In this document: in pieces, positions 51,446 to 64,000 of the stretch
How the letters are laid out: each line of letters starts with the position of its first letter
Numbering within the stretch: position 1 is the stretch's first letter
Source: Veleropilina oligotropha
Taxonomy: Eukaryota
Length of the DNA stretch: 64,000 bases
Direction: 5' to 3'
Assembly: GCA_048128005.1 (NCBI GenBank)
Contig: JBEUKZ010000010.1
Location: 744,001-808,000 of the forward strand
Made by a program: the position numbers and the translations under genes
Notes under the pieces: model-generated
Seen by the model: the letters and a program-made list of their open reading frames with translations, nothing else
Databases searched by the model: none
What the model was told of the DNA's origin: nothing

Positions 51446-54090
51446 TAATTTTGCCATGAACCTTACTCATAATGGTATGAACATCAGATATACACAAACT
51501 ACAAAATATATGTCTCTGTTTTACTGAAAATCAAATTTATGATTGCTTCCTTACATATTTGTATGTAGGATAGAAAATTAGGGAAGTATTCTGCATGCCT
51601 AGGTTTTTCATGTTGCGTGACATGTAGTCTTCACATCCTTATGTGAAGCCAGAAACCGCCTTTAGCCAATAACATCGTTTGCATAATATGCTGCACTATG
51701 GATAATGATGAGTCAATAGAGCTAGTCTTCTCATTATGTAATGCTGATGAAGACGGCTAATTCTGTTTGTTAATCGTGTTTGTTCTCTGCTGAGACGACG
51801 ACATTGGATTCTCTCCTGCTGACTTTAAGCTTCGATGGGGAATGTGCCAGCATGTTGCAAGGACATAAACCTCATGTGATGCTTTTATTCACCTAAAGTA
51901 AATGGTATTCTTGTTTGTTTATTTTTTAGATTAAGTGTTTTATCTTTATATTTGTTAAATTAGGGTTGTTTCACGATCATTGTTTATGCAAGCACGTCAT
52001 TAAGTCTGCTTGCTCAGTGTTCAATGATTTTAGATCAGCAAGTTAATATTCAAAATTACATGAATAAAAATATTCTATGTATTTTGGCAAAACAAAGATT
52101 ACCTCTACTATCTTCAAATTATATATCATGGCTCAAAATCTATGTGTTCACCAGCATACATGAAACAAGCCAAAAGAATAAATGTATAACCATTGCTGTA
52201 ACTTAATTGGCATACAGTTTTGTAGTCTTGATTCTCGTTCTGAATGTATGCTCTCGTGACTTCCATTTACACGTTTACATTATTTTACAACCTTGCGGGA
52301 GTGGCCCAAGGAAAATTTCCAAGAACAGCTAGCGATCGAACCAGAATCTCAACAACGATCGGTCGCGATCTAAATAATCACTAATGAAGTTAATACATTA
52401 ACAAAGCGTCCAACATAGTTCAGTTCTGTGGTTGCCTCAGAAAAAAGGCTTCGGTTCATTGTTCAAAATTTAGAACATCGCTTTGGGCATAAATTTTTGT
52501 TTTATCATCTTTAGGGGAAAAATCGTGGAATCTCAGTGTTTCTAGCAGATGTCATTGTGTTTGAGGATTTACTTTTGGTGTTGATAAACATTATTTATTG
52601 AGTCTGTAATTTGTTTAATGTGGGATACGTTTCTTTACATTCTTTTGTGTGTCGAGTTATTCAATATTGTGACACCACTCAGACTCCTAATTTGTGAATC
52701 TTCATGAGTTCACGTTTTATTTGACGACTGGCAAAATATTTGCCCCTGCGCTCTTGCACAAATAAGTCAGCAGTATAATCGTCGTTATCTTTTTAGGGTT
52801 CTCATGATTATTGTCTGATGAATCATTAAATAAAATTAGAGTACATGAAATCTGATTGGCTGAGATAGATGATCATTAATTTAGTTATCTTGAAAATATG
52901 AACACTTTGGTCTGATTCTCTGCAAGCTATGAATTCATTTATAAATATCTGTGCAATTATGAAGACGGCTTTGATGAACGAGGTCAGTAAATCATGATGT
53001 TTGTAGACAGTAATTTAAATGTAACAGTTTATCAAAATGTTACTGATATAAGTGAATACATGTATAACCAATTCCATTGTAATGCAGCAGGCATGAATGA
53101 GATCTGCTTTTAAATTTTTATTCAACTCTAAATTTATTGCAAACTTTTATGTGCTGAATTTCTTATATATTAAGTTATACATTTTGCCCACTGTCAATGG
53201 CATTTAATACCTTTTAGTTGTCCATTATTATATATCATTTGAATCGGATCGAAATTTCAAAATGAATGGCCCAGAATTCAAGATCATGAATTCCGTGACT
53301 GCGGAATTAGGGAATGGGAGATCCACAAATTGCTACACCCTTCGCTGCCAGTCTCTATTTGCATTGCTGGCAGATGAACAGTACTGTCATTGTGCCACGG
53401 TGTTGGATGTTTTCATCTATTTTGATCTTGATGTATTGAGTAAATAATCGACGTGATATAGAATTTATCTTCAATTCTTTGATAATCAGAAGCATTATGC
53501 CCAAATATTATATGCTAATGTGTCACATGATATGCATATTGTATATGTACTCTGTAAAATCATATGTTCAGTCAATAATACTGATAGAGTGATATAGAGT
53601 TGACAGCATAAATATTGTCTATACAAAAAATAAAATAAAATCATAAATGTCTGCGGGTAGGGACAATAACATAAAATGAATTTCATTTCTTGACATGTCT
53701 AAGATCTTCATGCATACGAGTATAAAAAATGCTCCCTCATTACTTAAAATTCATATTTCATTCCTTCTGACTGCGTGATATATACAAGTGTGGGTTCAAG
53801 ACTGTATGAAGACATATATTGTAGCTAACAGTCGCAGCTAGTGGGACAATTACTGGATACTCAAGGAAAAGGAGATCTAGCATGAAGGATAACTGATTAC
53901 TAAATTAATTAATAAATCTTTCCTGTCAATTACAATTATTAGTCCCGTTTATATATAAATATATTAATGTGATATAATTTCATAATTATCAGTGGGATGC
54001 AACTTATCCCAGTACAAATTAATTGGATAAACATTTCCTCAGGGATAAATGGCCTGAGTTCTGATGTAATCTTCATTTCTTTCTTGACAG

Positions 54091-54682
54091 ACTGACGAAG
54101 TTTTCAAAAAGGAGGAAAGCGTTCCAATTGATTCCGAAGCAAACTCCGACCATTCCGAGGCTTTATCTGTGATACCAGACTACGAAGAAGTGGTCACATC
54201 GTTTGGCCGCGAGTCGAGTGATGATTCCGAAAAAACGAATCTTCTACCGGCAACTTTAAATTCGAGCATCGAGAGTTCATTTGATAGCGATTCGACCACA
54301 TCTAGCAACACCAGTGCCTCAACGTTAGTGTCTCACACTATTGCCGAATTAGAGCAGGAAAATAACCTGCATCCATTCCAGCGATACGTGCCTAGTCCAA
54401 TCAGCAGTCACATAAAACGGTTAAAAAATGGACACCCAGTGCCAAGGGAGATAACTCCTACTCAGCCGATAGCTGACGATACTCTCTCGGACACTGACAG
54501 TTTTACGGCGACTGACATGGAGAGGAGACCATTATTACCCCATGACAATTCGCCGCTCCGTTTGTTGGAGGAACACACGAATCTCGTAGAGGCGGAAAGT
54601 GATGACACGGATAGCTGGGGTACACCCTCGGACAGCCCTGCCAAAGGGCCACTGAACAATGCAAATGTGGACCTAGAGCTGG
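54091..54682 (+). CDS. FRMPD4: FRMPD4-like exon N (Ser/Asp-rich disordered region)
   Basis: Pyrimidine tract + gacag|ACT GAC GAA, open frame through ORF 54169-54702, then CTG G|gtgagt donor. Read-through would stop at 54702. Confidence 0.78.
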
Positions 54683-54729
54683 GTGAGTATGCCAAGATTT
54701 AAGCGCTACTTAATTATATACTGCTCTTA

Positions 54730-55750
54730 AGCGGCCCATACATGATCAATATTATTGACAATATTATTGCATACTGCATATTGACCGTTAGTGGCGTGTA
54801 TTGAAGCAAAATTTAGACTTGCGCAATATTCTGCCGGAATCCAAAAAATTTGATATTTATTGACGGGTTTACAATAATATTGCCAATAATATTGATCGTT
54901 AGTGTCGCACCGTCAGATTATTGGCAATAATAAGGACATTTACAGTGCGAAATACATGAAAACATTTCCCCATGACTTAGAGATTGAGATATGATTCTTT
55001 AAGAATACGCCAAGAGACCTTCGAAAGTTTGCGATATGAATGTAGTGAAATATACATGCACTAATGCATCATTTATACATGACCAACCTTGTTTCAGCTG
55101 TATATTAATAAATAAAGATAGCTTACAATATATGGTGGGACTTGACTTGATATAATTATAATTTAACAAGGACAATGAACATGATTTACAAACTCGCTAT
55201 ACAAAGTGTCCGAAATGATGCCTTTTAAGCCACCATTTTAACCTCTTTATAATTTTGGTTTTATCTCTATCAAAAGTAGGGCCGCTTCGACAGTCGTGTG
55301 GTTTCGTTTGTGGACTCCGAAAAATCACTGGCTTGATTTCGCTGACACGAACAGTAGTGGGTTCCAACCTCGGTTGAGACATGATATTATATGTTCAAGT
55401 TAAGAGTCAAGGTTGTCCGTAATTGGTCAGAGAGGGCGGATTTCCCCGGGCGACCTGGTTTTCCCCCCGCGATAATATGGACACGTCCTGCTATGAACCT
55501 AATGATGACTGGAAAAATACAGAACATTACGCATCGATCCTTTCCTTTCCTCTGTCAAAAGCAAGTGACAATGCTATAGCGACGTAGGGATCTAAACATT
55601 CGTGTGCCACAGACGACATCCAGAGAAATAGTGACCATAATTTTTCAACAAAATTCCCAAATAATGTTGAGTCGTTGGTGGCATAATTAATTTCCTCAAT
55701 AATATTGAAGCAATATTATTGTCAATAATATTGATCGTGTATGGGCCGCT
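54730..55750. mobile_element. PIF/Harbinger-like MITE containing a SINE
   Basis: ~40 bp TIR AGCGGCCCATACAYGATCAATATTATTGACAATA; 3 bp TSD TTA on both sides. Confidence 0.85.
55280..55550 (+). mobile_element. tRNA-derived SINE family (representative copy)
   Basis: B-box-like GGTTC(C/G)AA, core GTTGTCCGTAA..GG..TTTCCC, tail GCATCGATCC(TTTCC/AATCC)n. Related copies at about 1372-1715(-), 3184-3415(-), 9085-9300, 13020-14345 (interrupted), 23798-23985, 38815-39075, 55798-55990, 58225-58375(-), 58388-58656, 59528-59730, 61628-61865. Confidence 0.7.
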
Positions 55751-57557
55751 TTAGTTGCCAAATTAAAAATTACGTGCTGAAACACAACTATTATGATTGC
55801 CGTGTGGTGTAATTCAATTCATTTGTGTGACTGTTTGCCTCACGAGAGTGATTTCAGTTACTCTGCTGGACACTTTGCGCAGTCACAGTTGTTGTAAGTG
55901 ACTGGTGTTGGCGTGTTTTCCAGGTGACGTCCCATGTTCTGGTATGACCCCACAGGGTGTTAAAATTAGACACTAAGACATGCATAGAATCAAATAACAA
56001 ATTAGCTTTCTATCTAATTGTACTCTTTTGGGATAATCATTCAGATTTATGCACACTTTGTAGGTATTGTGATCAAGGTTGACAGAGAATGTACTGACTG
56101 AAACTTAAGAATTTATCATTTTTAATAACACTTGACCATATTATTGAATGCACTTAAGATCTATATGCCCATAATTTCCTTGAAAATTATGAAATTTTTC
56201 AGCTGATTTTTTGTGAACTCATCAAAAGAGTGTATTTTTAGCAATTACATGTACTGTACTTGACTTCTTACAATTGTTCAAATATGGAAAGTTGTCTTGA
56301 AGAATTAAATGATCTGTAGATTGTGAAAGCATGTCCAAATATGAATGTATCGGTTTCACCGTTTGATAGTAATATAGTAATATAGGGGATTATTTATAGA
56401 GTTACGGAAGTGGAGAAAATTGTTCTACTTTGACATGAAAAACTCACAACGCCGTGATATTTGTGAAAAAATTACGTTATTTATTAAGTGAAGTATATTT
56501 AAATTTGATGATCAAACATGTCAATGTGTGCCAAATTTATAAACAAAGATTCACTTCTTTTTAGTTGATAACTGCCTGTTCATTGTAGGGGATTATCCTC
56601 ATAGTGATTAGCGATTTGCTTACGGATTAGCGTTTGTTTCCGGATCATGATGCGCTGCCTCTTGGAGAGATTAGTCTGATCATGGGATCTTAAGCCGTGG
56701 TCAGACCATTTTCAAAGTGTAAAAAATGATCTTAAAGGCTAAAACGTGGTGTGCAGTATACCTGTGTTTGCTAAAGCCTGATATTTAAGTCCAAGATAAT
56801 CTAGTCATGATGAAGTGAAGGTTTTTCTGAATGAGACACACATATTGAGCACAGGTATTCTCAGGCAGGTTATTTTCTTCTGGCTATTTTCACCTTACAA
56901 GACAGAATGATTTCATTTGATGTGCGACTAATCTCCTCCAAGTAAGTTTAAATGTCTTAGATTAAATATGATATTAATAGATTCATACCTGGTGGCCGGT
57001 GTGGAAATGAAAGAAAGATGCTCTGGTGAAAACCGTGAACCAGGAGCTGGCTGGTTGAATCGTTGCTTATTAAGTAATATCTGTTTATCTGTTTTAACGA
57101 CCTTCATTATTACCTAATGCTCTATATACAAAGTTATTCATTATTTCTGACTGCTTCCCTATTCATAGCGTAGCAGTGTAATAGTTTTGACTGTTACACG
57201 GTCCATTAACTATTACATGCGCGATGCGAATGCGCATAGAATTGGCCACGCCTTTATGGGCGTGGTTAAGACAGTGATATAAATAAATGACGTTGTTTTG
57301 CTGTGACGTAATCTGAGGTTGCCAAGACTACGTCGTAATGTTTCATTGCTTATAACATAATGGAGAGTGCATTCTGCAGCCTCTATATTCACTATATGCA
57401 GTATAGCTTGCAGTTCAAACATACCAAAGAACAAAAAGGCCTAACATTAGAGTATAAGTTCACCACTTAAATTACACCACATTTTTGACAAATTCAATAA
57501 CGCTGTCCTTCATATTTTAATAATGTTTTTTGTTGATTATAAAATAAAGATAACAAA

Positions 57558-58015
57558 TTTGTATGCCCCCACCAATTTATTGGGGGGCATTAGTATTTAC
57601 CCTTGTCCGTCCGTCCCGTCCGGAAAACCAGTATTGCGTGCGAGTAACTCCATTCTGCTATAACTTCCATCTGCCTTCATGGATTGACTTGACACTTCAT
57701 ACACTTGCTTATCATCATTCATACTTCCCTACTGCGACCCTCCCATATTACTCCTATGCCCAAGGTCAAGGTCAAATGACTTAGCTTTTCGGACCAGTAT
57801 TTGCATGCAAGTAACTCGCATCGGCTATAACTTCCATCTGCCTTCATGGATTGACTTGATACTTCATACACTTGCTTATCATCATTCGTATGTCCCTTCT
57901 GCGACTCACCCATGCCATTAATTGTCTGTAAATAACTCCACAAAACGATCTTTGCTGCCCCTATGGTCAAGGCTGCCAGTGGAGGCATTCGTGTCCAATG
58001 GACAAATTTCTAGTT
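57558..58015 (+). mobile_element. HINE-like element with two internal repeats
   Basis: ATGCCCC...GGGGCAT hairpin, (GTCC)n microsatellite, 3' GAGGCAT plus TGTCCAATGGACA hairpin, CTAGTT end. Confidence 0.68.
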
Positions 58016-58040
58016 ATATTATCATTTATTATGTAATAAA

Positions 58041-58188
58041 ACAATTATTCCATGGGGTTTTGGGAGTAGTCAAAACAGTTGACCCTAGGTAGTGGGGAGG
58101 ATCAACAGGCAACAGTTCTCTCGGGCCTGGACCTCACTACCTCGTTACAACAAATTTGACTGTTCCCAAAACCCCATGGAATAATTGT
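58041..58188. mobile_element. Short foldback MITE
   Basis: ACAATTATTCCATGGGGTTTTGGGA..AGTCAAA pairs with TTTGACT..TCCCAAAACCCCATGGAATAATTGT. Confidence 0.7.
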
Positions 58189-58659
58189 ACACTGGTTCAT
58201 ATCATTACATGACACGATGTTGATATTATTGTGGTATGGGGGAAAGCCAGACCATTCTTGACCACAATCTCACACCGGCCCGGTGCTATGGACAACTGTG
58301 ACTGTCATCTGCTCAAACACCAAACCGAGGATTCAGACCCACTCCTGTAGACCAGAGCAGTCAGGCGAGGGAATGCGTTACCCTTTCGGGCTGCTTCGAT
58401 AGCCATGTACTCTCGAGTGCCGACTTTGAAATCATTGGCTTGACTTCTCTGACTAACAGGATTATGTCCGAATCTCGGTTGGGGTAATGACATTCTTTGT
58501 TCAGTTACGAATCACAGTTGTCCGTAACTGACAGGAGAAGGCGGGTTTCCCAGGGCAATCAATCTGTCTTTCCTTCCAAAAAAATATGGACATGCCCTGT
58601 ATTGAACCTGAAGGTTGTAAATATACAGGACATTTATAGGCATCGATCCAATCCAATTA

Positions 58660-58698
58660 TCTTAATATAATGGAGCTATAATTGTATGTGTGTGTGTG

Positions 58699-58737
<39 letters not shown>

Positions 58738-58942
58738 TTCAAGTTGAACTCCTCCCAGACGCTTTGACCTAGGACCTTCAAACTTTGGGGGGTTAATCGG
58801 GGTCCCCCAAGGAAGGTTTACCACGAAAAAAATTCGGAAAATTCGGGAAAAAAAAATTATTTAAGGGAGCACTATCCAAAAAAAAAAAAAAAAAAAATTG
58901 GGGTGGGGGGACTTACCCGGCGGAGACGGGTACCATTGCTAG
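58660..58942 (+). mobile_element. Non-autonomous Helitron
   Basis: A|TC start, (TG)n(TCTG)n, subterminal hairpin TACCCG-GCGGAGA-CGGGTA, CTAG|T end, no TSD. Confidence 0.85.
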
Positions 58943-60221
58943 TATATATAAGTCTTTCAGGTTTGCTGCTAACGTAAAATGCACACCACAACATTATCTT
59001 TGAATGAGTCTCCATTTGTGTGGCAGTGGTTGCACGCTCCGGACATAAGAAATGGCGCTGAGCATCCCGTTTGCGCCCAGAGTGCCCGGTGTCTGCCCAG
59101 AGTACCCCGAGTGAGCCCCACGGGGTGAATTCAGGGCTCGCTCGAGGAACTCTGAGCGCGCGCGCAGGATCTCGGGGACGCTCGGAGGTCCCTCAGGGTT
59201 TGCTCGGGGTGAACACGTCCTGCACTCGGGATACCCCTAGTTCGCCCCTACTGCACCCCGGGTAGACTCGGGCTGCTACCATTCCGGGCACACTCGGGGA
59301 TGTTTTGGCACCGAGCTGACCCTGAGTTAAACTCTGGACACTCTGCTAGCTCGGGACATATATGTGAGAGCCGCTTAAGTCTCTGTGATATTCCAATTCT
59401 CTGTATATCATTAATATTGTTTGGTCTTTTGTTTTCAAATCCAACTTGTAAAACGTTGGCATAGATGATCGTATGTATGACCTTATTTTCAATTGTGCAT
59501 GCAGTAGTCTAAGGTGCTTCTTGCCCAGCCAGGTTGCTCAGACAGACGTGTGTTTTCGGTTGTGGATTCCGAAAAATGACTGGCTTGATTCCGCTGACAT
59601 CAACAGTTGTGGCCGGGTTCGAACATCAGTTCAGACATGACGTACATTATTTGCTCAAGTTGTCTCATGTCCTGCTTTGAAACTAATGTTGGTTGGAAAT
59701 ATACAGGACATTAAGCATCGATCCTTTCCTTTTTCTTATTATTATTCGCATTCTTGTAAATGCCCATGATCATCATTATAAGCTTCACAGCTCAGTGCTG
59801 CAAATCTCAATTTAAAACCTATATTAATATGTTCGGTTCTGATGTGAAATATTTAGTAATATGTTATTAATATTGATGATTAATTTTAACGCACATTATC
59901 TCATCCACTTTTTGTTCGTTTAGCCGACGTTAAATATCTGAGCAGTTGGGTATCGCATCTCATTGGAGTTGTCGCCGATTTAGAAAACATGTGACGTGTG
60001 GTTCTGATATTTTTGTTTGCACAATTCTCACAGCACACATTGGAAATTTGTCAAGCGCCTGTTACTCACTCTAAGTAAATTCGCTCCGATACGGAACGCC
60101 ATTCAGAAGCAGATGTGCTTAGAATTTGTTGTGGTAAACTTTGCGCTAATTTCTTAGGATTCAATGCCGCTTCATTCGGCTTTATGCTAATTAGATCTAA
60201 AGCCAAATCAGGAGTAACAAA

Positions 60222-60261
60222 ATGAGTCTGTCCACCTTACGTCAATTGAGGAGTGTTTTTG
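60222..60261 (+). CDS. Candidate alternative first coding exon (MSLSTLRQLRSVF-G)
   Basis: aacaaaATG context, 13 codons + 1 nt, then G|gtgagt donor in the same phase (1) as the exon N donor. No homology support. Confidence 0.3.
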
Positions 60262-63200
60262 GTGAGTCTGCTACTTTTTTATGCCTTTTTCCAAAATATT
60301 GAAAACAATATTTTTTTTATAAAATATGAGTATTATCGTAGTTATTATTGATGTTTATTATAATATTAAAATTTTTGCAATTAGAGAAGTACTTTAGCTA
60401 TATTTTTAATATTTATTCTTTTCAAATGATCATGAGTTATGGTTATGTATTCAGGTTTTAACATTTTCAGAAATTCATTTATCGGATTTGAAATATGTTC
60501 AATTGTTCGAATCAAGACCTGTTGTAATCTTTAAACGTTGAATTGATGCGTATTTCATGAACAGTTTCATTTAGAAATATCCATTGAGCAAACTATTAAT
60601 AATACAGAGTTATTTTTAAAGACTTACATTTTCCTGATTTACATAGTAAATGGGAACACTTAATTTTCACGTATTATGCAATATGATATGCAAATGATAT
60701 CTGCCTGTAATTCGATCTGAAATGTCTTCGTTTGCAATGTCGATCTTATAGCTGTATAGTGTGCTAGGAAACTAGATATTGCATTTGACATGATGCACTC
60801 CTCCTTTAGATTGCCAAGAAAATGAAATCAGAATAATTTGTTTTTCGCTTTTATTGAGTTTCGAAAAATGTAGCTTCTAATGAATCCATCAGCATCTAGA
60901 AGTGATTTAACGGTAGATTCAATTTGCACATTACGCCAACTCGATGACTGTTGAGAACTGTGGTCTGGTAATTCTTCGGTGATGTGATAATCAAATTTAT
61001 ATACGATTCCATTATGGGTTGCTATAACGATGGAGTGCTACTTACGATGGCAGCTTGGAATAATTGATACGTAAACTGAGTAACTCAATTGAGTTTCTTT
61101 TTATTTGGTATGTAATGCAATATCTTGAGTGAATTAAAGTTTTATCCAGACTTACAGAGCTAGCTATAGCGTAATGTGCTGAAAATTCATGGGAATATTT
61201 TAGATCTTTTCACTTCAGTATATCTTTATACAAAGTTATCTTTGCTTTGGGTATTATCATTCTATCTTCACTACCAATATGTATTTGTGATTTTTAAAAA
61301 CAAAAATACGATTCTATTGACATCTTTTCAATAATGACATTATAAGCAGAATTTTGTAGTAATGTATAATTACAATTAAATTGACATTTTTATTTTCAAT
61401 GCGTCATAAGTCATTATTTTCAGTTGACACATTTAGTCTGGCACTTCTTGCTTCACTCATCATAATGTACATTTTTTCAGTGTCTTGCTCATCTTATGTA
61501 GACTTATATTAAGTTTTTCCAACGTGCCTCTATCTTCATGACAAGTTCCACTTAATTGTGTCTTCTCCTTTATTTTCGATTTTTATTACATAGCTGTTGA
61601 ATCCGAATAAATTCCATTGAACACCATCCTGTGGTCAAGAAGATAAGAGTGTGACTCTTAATTATAAATCAAGCACCCGACCGCTCTTTTTCAAAGGAGT
61701 GGGTTCAAATCCTCGGTTCAGCTCAATTTTTAGTTAACAATCACATTTGTTCATAATTACTGCCGGTGCGGGTGGGTTTTCTTGGGCAACCAGGCTATCC
61801 TTTCAGGACAATAAGGTAGAATCTGAAGAGCGGTGCTGAAAGGAACATTATAAGCATAAGTATATTATAAGAAACATTCATTTCAAAGCTTTTAAGTTAT
61901 GTCTCGATCTGCCCCACCCCCACTCTTTATTTTTTCATGAGTATAAATCTTATGTGTATGTTGCGTTTCTGAAAATTTATCACAGCAAAACTGATACTAT
62001 ATATAGTACAACATTTTACATTACCACAGCTATCATTGAATGTGGTATTCCAAGTCATCCATTTACTTGACCACCGCTCCATCATGTTAAATATAGACTC
62101 AGCATATATGGCCGCCGAGGGCTATTTATCTGAACGACATCATGCTGTTATCTTTATGGACTTTGAGACCGCTATGCATTATTAAACGATGATTTGCTGG
62201 TTCATTAATGAATTGTTAATGCATTAATGCATTGTTAATGCATTAATGCATTGTTTCTAGCATCAAAATTGAACGGTTATGTTTCAGATTAACCCGTCAC
62301 AGTGTCTGAAAGGCACGGTAAATAAAAATGCTGATTCTGTGAATATGCCTGTTACGTAACCTAATATTTGCCTTTCTATTTCATTCAATACTAATGCTGA
62401 CATCGTGTTTATAAGGCAAATGCACTATTTGTTGTATTGCGCTCAATTTTGAGCATAAAAAAGGAAAGATAAATGTTTTTGCATGCTTTACAAACTGAAT
62501 CAACACAGCGGACTCCTTGCTATGCTTCAGTTCATCTACGGACATGCACAAAACGTGTTGTTTGTGTTAGTTGAATTTTATAAAAATAGAATGTGTGAAA
62601 TATATTGCATGCAGATAATTAAATTTCATATTTAGCAGATATCGTAAGCATGGTTCAACGTGCATCACTAACATGTTAGATAATCTCTGCTATGAAAATT
62701 TGAACCTTTGTTTATCCTTTGAGCCTTGGGGCCCTGAGCGCTAAATGATATATACCTGACCTCCTGACAAGATATATTATATGTATGGTTATATTGCATA
62801 CGCATCTATATCTAAAGAACAGGCAGGTGGATCATCATGAAATTTTCATTTTCTGTAGATAATGGAAATGTGACTCAAAATGACTACTTTTATTTATCAA
62901 ATTTCCCATATTACAGGTGAGACAGGTGAGATAATTACATGCATATTTTGAATATGTGCATATAATAAACAACTATTGTATTGAAATATTGATGGTAACT
63001 GGTAGCATGTAATTCATATTTACATATGAATTGACTCTGAATTACTCAACAATTGCACGATAATTGTAATAACAGGTCTGCCAGGTGACAAGCCGAAAGC
63101 CTTTGATCATTATAAACTGACTTCTATTTAGTTATAATTTGGTTATTTCTTGAAACAAAGTTAATTTAGTTTACAAAAATCGCAGTATCTCGGTTGTTTA

Positions 63201-63359
63201 TTGATTGATATATCAAATTTTGCATACATGTAGGTCATTGAGTCGTGTATTTGTCCCACTACTATTCCACTACACACAGGTAAGATAATTGCAGGTAAAT
63301 CATATATTTCGTATTGTAATATGACACTGGCCACCTATCCGATACTACTATATCAAGTC

Positions 63360-63704
63360 AATTGACCCTGTGTAATTCCTCGATATCAGACTCGAAAAAG
63401 AGATACCGCATCTCATCCTCTGTGTATTTGTGCTTCCGTGACGCCTTGACAGCTTCAGGTAAATCATGGATCAGTAAATCCAGGAAATGTTCGCTAAATA
63501 GTCACTCGACAACCTTATGTGGGCGCAGACATCTTGTATGACCTTATTAGGCACACAAATCCAAGCTGGCGTTATGATTGGTCTAATATTACCGCATTTA
63601 AACATCCCATAACACAACCTGACCTCGATTCCTGGTGTATCGGCACTACTGCATATGAGACAATAAGAATACTCCCAGTGTACCAGCACTACAGGCTTTA
63701 AGGG
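63360..63704 (-). mobile_element. Possible piggyBac 5' remnant
   Basis: Minus strand TTAA|CCCTTAAAGCCTG, followed by a decayed frame ...KYTEDEMRYLFFESDIEE. Partner TIR not found. Confidence 0.3.
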
Positions 63705-64000
63705 TTAAGATTGTAAATGCATTTTAATTGATTGATGCATCACATGATTTTTGTACACTTATAACAATTTTCAATACACGTAACATGTATCATCAAAATC
63801 ACAGTCAAGACTTCAGGTTAGCGTCTCAATCCCATCAGATGCTTTTCTACCTCATACCAGCAGATATTACATTCTTGGCATAGTCCAAGCATTGAGGTGA
63901 TCATTCTGGAAAACGCAAACATCCGATTTGATTTGGGTGTAGCATTAAGAATTCAGATTAATTTTAATCTGTTTCAAATTTTCCATTGGATGATATTTAT

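Overview
Metazoan (AT-rich, probably lophotrochozoan invertebrate) genomic DNA. The window lies inside one + strand multi-exon gene, a FRMPD4/FRMPD1-family (WW-PDZ-FERM) scaffold gene. Fourteen phase-compatible GT-AG exons (2713-54682) were reconstructed; the 5' and probably the 3' ends are outside the window. Its introns are heavily loaded: (i) two unrelated tandem arrays, each built from copies of the adjacent exon-end plus 5' splice site (27-28 bp unit after 14508, which degenerates into a ~5 kb 25-26 bp satellite; 83 bp unit after 25010); (ii) a complete but degraded DIRS1-type tyrosine-recombinase retrotransposon (27962-38630, with ITRs and ICR) carrying a nested, antisense, internally deleted Ngaro-like YR retroelement with palindromic ends; (iii) a young full-length Ty3/Gypsy LTR element (39666-48186, minus strand, CATC TSD); (iv) many non-autonomous elements (Helentron/HINE-like, Helitron, PIF-like and piggyBac-like MITEs, tRNA-derived SINEs). 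The most unusual signal is the recurrent tandem amplification of splice-donor junctions.
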